NCBI GenBank assembly: GCA_039621445.1
Contig: CP154954.1
Location: forward strand, 11,402,716-11,466,715
DNA length: 64,000 nucleotides
Reading direction: 5' to 3'
From: Euglena gracilis
Lineage: Eukaryota
Position 1 is the first letter of the stretch. Each line of letters opens with the position of its first letter. This document shows, piece by piece, positions 1-12,000 of this stretch. The position numbers were made by a program, and so were the translations under genes. The notes under the pieces are model-generated. The model was not told the origin of the DNA. It ran no database searches and saw only the letters and a program-made list of their open reading frames with translations.

Positions 1-50
1 AAAATTGGCAGCGGTGACGTCGAGTGTGCGTGCAGACAATTCCACGGGGG

Positions 51-3000
51 TCACCGCTGCTTGTTCTCTCCGCCGAGGCTCTCCATGAAATTGAAGCTGG
101 ACATGCTGCCCGTGGCCGCGTGGGCGAAATTGAGGAACGCCGTGGGGACCTGGAGAGAGCGCCGCAGGGGGGCGAGCAGGGCTGGACGGGAAAGCCTGGT
201 GGAGGGGGGGGGTCGGACCCCCACCCACCACCCATGGGGTTGTGGGGATTTTCGTACAGCCTTGGGGAGGAAGAAGGACGGGGGGTGTCAGTCTAAATGG
301 GGGGCTACTTTTTCCCCCAAGGTCCATTTTGTAACATATTCCATTTGGATGAAATGGGCATTCAGCTTGGGGCTTCCTCTCCAAATGTGAAACCCCTGCG
401 GGTCGTGAAATGCCGCCCAACATGAAGCTGGGAGGGTGGGTGGAAGATCGGTGCGTCGACCTTCTCGCCGAAGAAGAACTTGGTGTTGTTGCCGAGGCTC
501 TGTGCGAACGCCTGGATGAGGGACCACTGCATGAACTCCGGCGTTAGGCGCTTCTGGCCCCAGGGCCCACCCTCGCTGGCGATGCACCGCCTGGCATCGG
601 CTGGCATCGAGCCCCCTCCCCCCCGGGCAATTGCGGAAAATTGCGGAAATTGTTGAAAAATTGCGGAATCTGCGGAAAATTGCGAAAATTGCGGAAAATT
701 GGGGAAATGGCGGAAAATTGTGGAAATTGCGGAAAAACTGCGGAATTTGCGGAAAATTGCGGAAATTGCGGAAAATTGTGGAAAATCGATATCCACCCTC
801 CCCCCCTACCCCTCCCTGCCCCCTACCCCCCGTCTTGCCCCAAGGCCTCCCCAATCACAAAACCGGTTGTTATGGCCTATTCCTGCTCCCCCCAAGCCCA
901 ATGAACACGAAATGGCAATCTAGACGGTACGGACGGGGAACGTTCATGGGGCATGGGGCCCACTTACAACTGAATTGCTGCAACAGACAACAATCTAGAC
1001 GGTCCGGACGCCCCCGGGTTCATTGGACATGGGGGGGGGGGGCGCAATCCTGCCGTGATTTCCATGCATTTCATTCAGCTCCCCCAGCAGCCACACCGGT
1101 AATTAACAGGAAAGCTTTGACCTCGGAAGATTCAGGGGGAAGAAAGAGCAAAAGACGGTGGGGATGGGACCGTCAACAGCTTTGCAGCACAGGTCGCTAA
1201 AATGACGGCGACCCCAACTTCTGAGAAATGGTTCTGGTTCTGAGAAGCGGAGGTCTCTCAAGTGTCGAACGCTCCCATCCCGCCCCCACAGTGATTGGAT
1301 GGGCACCAGACCCGACGCCGAGCCACTGCTCCCAGGGCCAAACGGTGCGCCGGTGCGCTTTACGAGTACTTGGCCGAGGCGATCGCCACCACCCGTGTGG
1401 CAACGACCCAGCCCCTCAAACCGGGTGAACAGCCCAGACCCATGACTGACGCTGGGGGGAGGGTGGGGGAAAACAGAACATGGGACCTCAAAAAACGCGA
1501 TGCAAAAACGCGCAGCTAAATGCAAATAAACACACAAATATGCAAAAAATTGCAAAATTTGCCAAATCAAAAAACCCACAAAAAATGCAAAAAAAATGCG
1601 TCCCCCCCCCCTGCTGGGGGGGGCGGCCCTGGCCGGAACGTCGCGGCCTCCGTCTCCGCAGTGTAGCGGCGGGCGTCGGCCTCTGCGCGCTGCCTCACCT
1701 GCAAGATGTCGCTCCCCGGCAGAGGCCATTTTGGATCCGGGGGGGGGGCCTGGGCTGTCCGGGAATTTCGGGTGGGGGGGACCACCCTCCCACCACAGCA
1801 CCATGTCTGGAAAAATTCCTCTGGCGCTGAAAAAACATGTTGACCCAAGTATTGACACCTCCGGCAAAGAACCCCCTTTTTGGCAAAAATGCCCCCCCCC
1901 CCCCCCGGAGTCGGTATACCGCCACCAGGCCCCGAAAACTTGAACAAAGAACCCCCCCCCCCGACTGAGTCCCTGGAAGAACCCTTCAATCATCAGCGCC
2001 CATCCCCCAAGAGCGCCGCCCAACGACCCCCGGGGAAGGGTGGTGAGCTCAGAGGCTGGGAAATACGGGCTGCCTGGGCAGAGCCCCGGCTGACGAGTCG
2101 CAGGTGGCGAAGGTGGGCGAGTCGAGGAGGCTAGACAGCCGCCAGCCGACGGCCCACTCTAATGTACCAACGGGCCACATCCACCGACTGTTAGCTCCCC
2201 CTCCAATACACAAATTCATTTTTTCTCAAACCACTGGACTGGGGCACAATGTGAGACTGGGGCGGAAATGGGGTCCAACTGGCCTGAAAATAACCAAAAA
2301 TGCAAAAAAAAACATGCAAATTTATTGTATCAACCACCAATTTGAGTTTCGGAGTCAGGGGGGTTTGGCACTTTCCAGAACAAAAAAAACTCTATTTCTA
2401 TCTGGCTGCACGTCGGGCGCTTGGACAGAAATTAAACTACATCAATAAAGTCCCGCAACCCCCAACGGGTTTTCTTTAAGACTTTGGTGGGGGGGGGTCC
2501 CATGGGTCGGCTGAAAAAAAGGTGCTGGCCGGGAAAAAGGTCCTGGGCTGGACCGCCCCCCTTAGGGGGGAGGGGGGTCGAGGGGGAGGTTTGGCCCGCT
2601 AGCAGCTGAACTGGCCGGGTACCCCCAAAATAGGCAAAAGAGCCCGAAGCCCCCAGCTTGACACTTTTTAAACGAAGGTTTGCAGGTGAACACCCCCAAA
2701 CCACTCAAAAATGCCGTTCATAATGGCCGTTTTTGACCCCTTTTCAAGAAACGTCGGCGCAAAGCTGCGAAAATTTTTCTGGTCCAGCCCGGCTTTGCCA
2801 GGCTGGCCGAAACTTTCAGCTGACCCTGGGGGGGGGGGGCTGTAAACCCCCCACTTATAAACCCCCTGGGGTTTATACGATCCGGTTTGGTTGGCCGGCC
2901 GAAGGGGGGGGTTTATAGGTCCCGGAATTGTTGGTGAAAATCCGACCCCCCCAAAATGACCCCGAAAACCCCCGAAATTGGCAATTTTTGGCAAATTTGG

Positions 3001-6000
3001 ACAAAAATGGCATTTTGAAGATGATCGGTCTCAAAAAATTGCCAAAAAATCAGTTTTTGGGTGGTCTGCGGCCAAAAAAATCGTCCCCGGTGGCTTCCAT
3101 TTTTCTTCCCCAGGGGGGGGGGGGGGTTATAAGTCCCGGTTTGGTTGGTCGGCCCGAGGGGGGGGTTTATAGGCGGGGGGGGGTTTATAAGTGGGGGGGG
3201 TTAGCCCAGCTGGGAGCTGTTGGCTGGGAAAACAAGGTGTTGGCTGGCTGGCCTCCCTGGGGGGGGTCCCCTCCAACTCGAACATAATCCCTGCCCCCCC
3301 CCCCCCGCGGTTTGATGGACGCTCACAGGTCATCAACCTTCAAAAAAGACTCTGCTCTCCAGCTGCGTGCGGTTCAGCGCCGCGCGCTTCTCCGCGAGCT
3401 GCATCTCCTGCGTGATGCGCGACACCGTGGCCGCCCGGTTCGCCTGTGCCTCCTGTGTGAGATGGGGGAGGGTGTGGTCGTGCAGTGCCACACTTTGGGG
3501 GGGGGGGGGCAATGCACCCCGTGTCACTGAGCCCAAAGCACCAGAGGGTTGCAAAAAATAACGAAAACTATTCCAAAACAGCAGGTGCATATTTGGCACA
3601 ATTTCATTAACAAACCTGGAACAAGAACCCTTGAATCAAGTCCAAAGCTCCGTCAGGATAAAAAAAAAAACGTGAAACCCCACAACTTGGAAGAATTCCC
3701 CATAATCTTATATCAAATTTTCGATTCACACCTCACCCAGCTGGTCAAACATCTTTCCACCAAAGCACAGCACAAGAAAAACATTGAAGAACATTGACTT
3801 AACACAGCACTCCCCCCCCCAAAACGTTTTATTCTGGAATGGGACTGAAAACCCTCGGGTTTATATATTTGGGTGGTTTACATTTGGGTGGATAAATCAA
3901 ACTTTCTGAGACAAAAACTAACACAAAATCCTTGGTCGATAAATGGGGATAATACAACACGATATGCGGAGATAACACTCATTCATTGAATGTTGAAGGT
4001 GCTAAATAGCATGTGCACAAAATGCAATCCGAGAAGCACGAGTTTTCGCACATGCAAATTGTTCTGATATGTTTCGTGTCAGTAATCTTTACATCACTCT
4101 TCTTGGGTTGCTTTGATTGATGTGTGGTATGATGGTCATGTCACAATCAAAAAAAACCCACGAAGAAGAATATTGCATGGGGTGCAAGGTTGATTTGTTT
4201 CATGTTAAAAGAGTTGAGGGTCTAAAAGTGGAGGATCTCCCACAGACTTGTGCTGATAACCATTTCATTCTGATTCTTAATTATTTGTGATTATTTGTGA
4301 TTATTCGTGACATTTCCTTAGACATAATACAATGTGCGACATTTTGTGGCATTTTTGCAGGGTTTTTGTGGGCATTTTTGTGAATATTGTGAACGTTGCG
4401 AACCTTTTCATTGAATTTTGAAAAACCTTGCACAAAATTCGGTTTCTGAATTTGCTTTTTATAACCATTAAAGAGGTGGCTGTTTCCGTCAAGCCAGGCC
4501 GCCCCACCTGCTGCTCCGTGACGGACCGCTCCTTGATAAGGGACACCTGCGCCCAGGGCTGTCCGGGTGAGCCTGGTGGGGGTCGGCACAGGGAATTCAA
4601 TGAGTGGGGGGGAGGGGTGGGGGGTGGGCCAAACTCTCACTGCCTCCATACATAAGGTTTTCCGGCGCGAGGCGCCAATTTCTTTTTGGTGCTGAAAAAA
4701 AAGCCAAAAATTGCGTTTTCTTGGACTTTCTTTTCAAAAAAAAATTGGCCAAAATATACACCCAACAATTACCTTCCCTGGCGTGAAGCGCTGGATAAAA
4801 TCCTTTTTTGGTTCCGAGGGGGGGATCCTGGACCCCCCTCGGGTCTTGAGGGGGGGGGGGTAGTCTCAACTCCCTCTCCTTCTCGCGCAAATCCAACGTT
4901 CACTCAATACCCTGCCGCCCCAACTCCCCAGCCTGGGACGTGCGGGGGGGGGGTCGGAACCGACCCTCACCCAACACGTTGAGGGGGGGGTTTCCGGGGT
5001 CCCGCGCCGCCCTGCCCGCGCCTCCTTCTCCGCGTTGATCTTCGCGATCTCCGCCTCCTTCTCCGCGCGGATGCGCTCCTGGATGCGCAGCGTCTCCTCC
5101 TTCTTCATCACCACCTCCTGGTCCCCGGCAGCCCCGAACGAGGTTGTGGCCCCAATTGCAACAGGCAACCACACCAGGGGTTTTTTTTAAGACCGGGGGG
5201 GGGGGGAGGGGGGACCGGGGGACCCACAAAAAATGGCCGAAAATCGCGAAAAGTGCTAAAAATAGAATTTTTTCGGCGCCTGCGGCGCCGAAAAGTATAT
5301 CCCACCCCCCGGGGGGGAGGGGGGGGCTCGGCCGGACCCATCCACCCAACCCCCGCCTCCCCCCCTCCGGGGGTCCAAATTTAAAAAAATCCCTGAACCA
5401 CACCCCGTTGGTCTGCTGTTTTGGGGGGATGCCAAGTGTTGATTGTGTGTTCATGGGGAGGGGTCGGTGCCTGCCTGGTTGCGGACGGGCATATTGTGGG
5501 AGCCCGCAACCAGGGCTCGCACAATAAAAAAAATATACTTATTTTATATATTTATGTATTTTATATGTATTATATAAAACATAATTGATGCCACCAACCT
5601 GGCCGTTTCCCATTTGAACATTTCATCTATAAAAATAGAATAATCAGGTAAAACAAATATGTTGATTTGTTGGTGACTAAACGCCCTCCGTCTGGTACCA
5701 TGCATACCTCCCGAAATAACTTTGCAGTGTCCTACAACTGTGCATGTCCAAGTGACTTTGAAGGGGGAATCCCCAAAAAGATCCGTCAAAATAACTTCTA
5801 TTCACAAAGGAAAAAACATAAAAAAATACATCGTTCTGGAAAATCAGGCAGCTGTAAGCACAAAAAATCGTCCAAAATGCCATAATGTTCTATTGGCCGA
5901 TGGACAGAAGCATTAAATTATGCACAATCATCAACAAAAAAATAATATTTAACAAATTCTCCTTGGGAAAATGGAAATTCCACCACTGGTTTTAGGTACC

Positions 6001-9000
6001 ACCCAAATGCCTTTGCAGGGGATGAGGGCAAAAAAGATCGGTCCACTAACTTTGGGGGCAAATTATTCGGGGGGAGGGTTTAAACTGGAAACAGGGCGAT
6101 GCAAAATTAAAGAAATGGGGGAAAAAACTGACAAACACAAAAAATTGAATAGGAAATACGCCTTTCTTCACGTGATTCTGACGGTGTGACAGACGCTAAA
6201 AGGTGGGCATGGGAAAAAAGATGCGTTCCAGGCAGGATTTGCTGCGCCACCAGCAGGCGGGCCTTGTTCTTCTCCACCTCCTCGTAGTGGTTGCGCACGG
6301 AGTCCGGGATGCGGGGCTTCGTCACCCGGATGGTGATGATGCGGATCCCTGCGGCCATCCCACGGAGATAATTTCAGAAACTCTTCAATTTCATTTAATT
6401 TCATTCAATTTCATTCAATTTCATTGAATTTCACTTAATTTCATTGTTTCATTTTATTTAAGCAACAGCTAAACCCCCCAAACATAAGACCCCCCCCCCC
6501 CTTGGGCCGATCGAGCAAAAATCAAAAAAATATGACCCCCCAAAATAAGGCCCCCCTGGAGGTTTCCAGCACCGGACCCAAAAATAAGACCCGGGTCTTA
6601 TTTTTGGGGGGTTTATGCGCATGCATTTGGATAAAACGGAGCAAATGAAAAAAAAAACACACAGCGTCACCCTCCACAGTAAAATGCAGAATGAATCATT
6701 TTTGTTGAGATTTTTGTTGGATGTGTGTGCCGCCATGTGTCATGGGACGAGAGACAGAATACTGCACTCTCTACTCTCTGAAAGGGAAAAGGTTTGGTTT
6801 GAGGAAGTGAGGGTTAAAATTAAGCTATTGGCAGGAAGGGGGGAAATGCAAACAAGTTTCCATTTATTATTTTTGCATTTTTTTTGGTGTTTTTTTTGCG
6901 TTTGCTGAAACTCAAAATCGAAATTTGTGTTTCGATTTTGCGCCTTTTTGTGCTATTTTGGGTTCCTTTTCCCAGCGAGGTTGGATTTTTTGCTGGGATT
7001 TTTTTCGACTTTTGCTAAATTTCTGTATTTTTGAACTTTTTTGATTACAAAATGCATAATTCTGGAATCAGCAGTTGCATCACCTTATCTACACCACAAT
7101 ATGGTTGCATGAGGAAAAAATCTTCCCTGGAGAAAATGATTTTTTTTCGTAGTTCTCTCCAGCAGGCAAATATACATCCGGGATCCGGGGGAGTTCCTGG
7201 AAGAATTCCCATCCAACGAGCGTTTTTTGTGTTTATTTTCTTTTGTGTCGCATTTTCGAGGGTCCAAGTTGCGTCCCCCCGTTTTTGGGATTGTCAGGCT
7301 TCTGGTACTTGAGTTTGGAGCACACCCGTGCCGTAAGAGTCGCAATCACGTTGCAGAGACTGTGCCAAGGCCTCATCTAACGTCTCAAACTTTTCAATAT
7401 ACACATCGCGCAGGGGGCGGGGCAGTTCTGAATGACCCCCGAGGTGGAGGTGGGGCATGAGGAACGCCGTTGGCCTAATTCCCCCAAGCGGCTCAAACAT
7501 TTATGGCATTTTTTTTGATTTTTTGGCGTTTCTGTTTTTTAATTTAAATCAAAGTTTAATTTTGTGTAAATTGAAAATTTCTAATTTTTCATTTAGTTTT
7601 TCTCTTTATCGGTTTCGAGAGTAACTTTGCCTTTTTTTGAACAGTCTTACAAAACCTCAGTAGATTATTTTTTTTTATATCAGACAGTGCCAAAAATCAT
7701 CTTTTTTGGACTTCTTCCGATTACACAGCAAGCCTCGACTGACAACCGTCTTGTCTCCCCTCCTGGGGGCCTACCAGCAAATAGGGTCCTGCAACCCCCA
7801 GGGGTTATAAGTGGGGGGTCGCTGAGCTCTTATCCCTTTATGGGTAAGAGTGAAGCTTGCCCCTGGGCAAAAGGGGGGTCCAACCCCCCCCCCCCTAGAT
7901 CGAACAATCGTCAAATCGCCGCAATTCACAGGTCCAAGGTCCATAACAAAGGGAAGATAGTGGTTTTTGGCACCTGGTTGTATGACCCTCCTAGTCGGGG
8001 GTTGTAGAAACCTGGTGGGTGGGGCAGGGGGAGGGGCTGGTCATTGAATCTATGGTCTGGACCCCCTCCCCCCGGTCCTAAAAAATATGCTTCCAGCAGA
8101 GAAATAAGAGAATTTACGTACACCTTGCATTTTGCATTTTTTTGGTTTTTTTTGTATGTGGTGAGGTGCTTTGTGGCCTTTCTCCTTCCCCTGCCACAAC
8201 CCCCGACCAGGGGGAGGTCGTAACCAGGTTTTTAATAGTGCTGAGCTCTTAATAAGCGCGCCCCCACCCCTTCATTGACCCCCCCCCCCATATAAACCGG
8301 CGCACTCCGTGGAGCTGTTTGGACTGAAATGCAGGGGTTTTGTGCCTGAAACGGGAGGCCAAGGGGTCAAAAATCGCTCATTTTTGGCTCAAAAACGGGT
8401 TTTCCGGGTCCGGGAGGCCAAAAAACATCGTTTTGGGCAAAAAACTTTTTTCGATTTTTTTCGACTTTTTTGACCCGGTTTTGACCCAAAGTCAATGGGT
8501 TGGCGGCCCAAAACGGGGAGCTGGCGGGTCGAAAAACGCTCGTTTTCGGCTCAAAAACAGTTTTTCCGGGTCCGGGAGGCCAAAAAACATCGTTTTGGGC
8601 AAAAATTTTTTTCGATTTTTTTTCGACTTTTTTGACCCGGTTTTGACCCAAAGTCAACGACGGGTTGGCGGCCCAAAACGGGGAGCCGGCGGGTCGAAAA
8701 ACGCTCGTTTTCGGCTCAAAAACAATTTTTCCGGGTCCGGGAGGCCAAAAAACATCGTTTGGGGCAAAAAATTTTTTTCGACTTTTTTCGACTTTTTTGG
8801 CCGAAAACGGCTAAGTCAAACAGTGGAAAATGTGTACAAAATGGCCTAAAATGGCCTAAAATGGCCAAAAAACGCCCGTATATCGGGCTAAGCGGGGAGT
8901 TGCGGGGAACCCATAATCCCAGTAGATAGAGCGTCCCAAGGGCTTCAATTTAGCTCTCTGGACATTTCTTTTGATTTTGCATCATTTTCGAGAAATTTTG

Positions 9001-12000
9001 AAAACATTGGTTTTTTGACCCCCCCCCACCCCCCGAAAACAGCCAAGTCGAACAGTGGGAAAAGTGTACAAAATGGCCATCCGGGCCGAAATCGGCCGTA
9101 TCTCGGGCAGGGCGGGGAGTTGCGGGGAAATCAAAATACTGGTAGATGGGGCGTTCCAAGGGCTCCAAATTAGGTCTCCGGACATTTCCTTTGATTTTGC
9201 TTCATTTTGGAGATATTTTGAAAATTGACATTTTTTGGCCGAAATGGCAGAGTCCAAAGGGGGGGGGGGCTTACCCAGGGGGGGGGGGCGGGTAAATCCT
9301 ACCCAGTTTGGACCCCTTCGCGCGTGAATAACTCGGGCCTGGCGGGGAGTTGGGGGTCAAACCCAGGTGATTCGGAAACTAGGAATCCAGTCGCTCGCGA
9401 CTGAAAAAAAAAAATCCGGGAACCGGGCCGGGATCATGGTGATAATCCGTCGGTTCCCGAGGTGGCCCCGACCCGGGGGGGGGGGGGGGGGGGGGGGGGG
9501 GAGGGGGGGGTCGAGGGGGGGGTTTCGCCGGTGGTAAGCTTCGCTCTTACCCATAAAGGGATAAGAGCTCAGCGACCCCCCCAAATTTCACCCCCCCCCT
9601 CGGGGGCCAATTTCCAGCGCCCAAATACCACACCCTCCTGTTTTCCTTTGGCTTTCCGTGTAAAAATAACACCCCCCCTCCCCGGGGCCCCAGTTCGGGT
9701 GCCCAAATAACGCACCGGGGGGGCTCCCCTGAACTGCAACCCCCGACCGGGGGTGGATCCCCAGGGGAGGTTGTGGGTGGGTGGGTCGGTCTTCAAAAAA
9801 AGAAAAAGTGTCCCTTGCCCACCGACCATCCCTAAAAGCCGACCACCCACCCACCCATGCACACAAAACCCACCAAAATCGCCCGGAAGCCCTCCAAAAC
9901 TGTTTTCCAGCCTGGCCTTTCGCACCCCATGGGAGGTCCAGCGGCCCAACCCACCCACCCAATCTCGAAAACCCACCCATCCACCCCTCGGGAGCCCCTC
10001 GGGAGGGTGTGTTTCTGGTAGAATAGCAACTTCCCTGTGCTTTAGAAAACTTGCGAGGCTAATCAAATCATTTTTTTGGGGAATATTTCTGACGCAAAAA
10101 AGCATACAATTAGGCGAAAAAAACATTATTATGATGATAAAATATTTACCAAGCCGCGGACACCCCCCACAGCCCCCACCACACTTCCTGCGATCAGAAT
10201 TGCCCCGGACAGGAGTGCTTCGAGCAGAACTGGTTGATCTCGTGGTGGATCTTGTCGAAGATCCGCACCAGGCATCGTTTTTAAAAAACGAAGGGGGGCT
10301 TTGCAGTCATCCCCGGCAATTGGATCTCGGCTGGGTCCCCAGCGACTTTACCGCAACGTGCATTTCCCATTCTCAAGACCTTGCCGTGCAACCCCCCACA
10401 AACCCCCAACATGGGGTTTGGGGGGGGGGGTTGTGTGGAGGGGGGTGTACGGGAATCCCCCAAAATCCCACGGATGGCGGGTCGATCACCCCCCACCCCC
10501 ATCCTGGTAGGGGGTCCGTGCGGGGTTTCGAGGTGATCAAATTGATTCATCACATTTTTCCTTTGGCGCCGAAATAATTTTTCGATGCGTGCTGTGGTGG
10601 GTGGGGGGTCAACGCCCCCTGCCTGCCGTTCAGTCCTGGGGGGGGGGGGGGCTGTGGCTTCCTTTAAAAGAGGCCTCGCCCACACTCGGTCGTAGTCCAC
10701 TCCGTACAGGCGGATCGTGTTCAGCGCGTTGGTTTTGTTCAGCAGGTTGACCACCTCAATCTGAGGGACATGTGCACTTTTTTTTTTTGGTGGGGAGGCG
10801 CTGCCGAAATTTCCTTTGGCGCCATGAACCCTCTGGAAAAACCAGTCAGTCACTTTACCCCCCGGGGGGGGGGTCGGCCACTTAGGAAAATCAGGCACTT
10901 TTTGGCCTTTCAAGGCCATTTTTGGCCAAAATTTTCTCTGGCGCCTTCGGCGCTGGTTGGCCACTCAGCCACTTTTGGGTGATTTCTGGCCTACCCCACC
11001 CCCGGGGGGAGGGGGGTCACGGCCAAAAAACCAGTCAGTCACTCTGAAAAAACCGGTCAGTCACCTCCGGGGGGGGGAGGTGGGTGGGACAGGTGTTAAG
11101 CAATGGTCCGATGGAGACCCGGGGGCTGACCATTTTTTTGGGGGGGTTTCGTTCTGGAGAAGAAATGCTGCCTTGGGAACCAGACAACGCCGTCAAAACG
11201 AGACGCGGTTGCAGCACAAAATCAAAAAAAACAGGGTGTTAAGAATGCAAAATCATTTTTTTAAATTTTTTTTAAAATGATTTTATTTATTTATTTATTT
11301 GGGAGGAACTGGCCGATGAAAATATATTTCCATTGAAAAAAAGATTGCTGGAAATGTCCAAAGGAAAAATTAAGTATTCCTTGCAAAATTTGTGGTCTGG
11401 CTTCCCTCCGTTTCATATTTGAGCGGGATGTTTAGACCCCAAGGGGGTTATATACGGGTGGTAAAACTTCCGCGACCAAAAGAGCATATGTTTCCCAAAA
11501 CAATTTTGACCGTATCTTGCCGAAATTCCAATATTTTCAAGATTTTTTGTTGGTCACCGTCTTTGGGACCAAAAATGTCAAATTCATTACCCAAACTGCC
11601 GCAAAATGATACATTTTAGGGGTTTTCCCCATCTCACGCCGCTCGCATGGTGCCTGTCATGCTTCCCCATATTGCATTTGGAGGATATTACATTTGGTTG
11701 TCAAATCACATTTCCCAGGGGTTTTCCAGGGGTTTCCCAGAGTTTTTATATCCTTGGGTGGTTGTATTTGGGGGGCATTTTCCACATTACGTAGCAGAAA
11801 AGGTAAATATAATTTTCTTTTTTCTTGAAAAAAAGTTTCCACAGCGATGATACATGGACCTAAATTTGCGTATACTTGCGGCACGGCCACGACAACGAGT
11901 GATCCATCATAAATGACAAATAAACGGAAGAAGATGCTACTGGTGACAAACATAAAACATATTGAAAGTGGCGGTGGGCATTTTCATATGAATTGATGCA

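Noticed and set aside
628-785. CRISPR-like array (also 19020-19175, 57982-58265, 63707-63780)
   Set aside because: These are tandem 9-11-nt units with no unique spacers and no cas genes, in a eukaryotic context.
7813-9582. Autonomous transposase in any element in the window
   Set aside because: No ORF or motif resembling a DDE transposase, reverse transcriptase or helicase was seen; all elements appear non-autonomous.
10181-10210. An 18-nt mini-intron joining KHS to QEVW in erlin
   Set aside because: The true continuation LRDVYIEKF is at 7412 and is supported by a 13/14 terminal stem; QEVW is followed by a stop.
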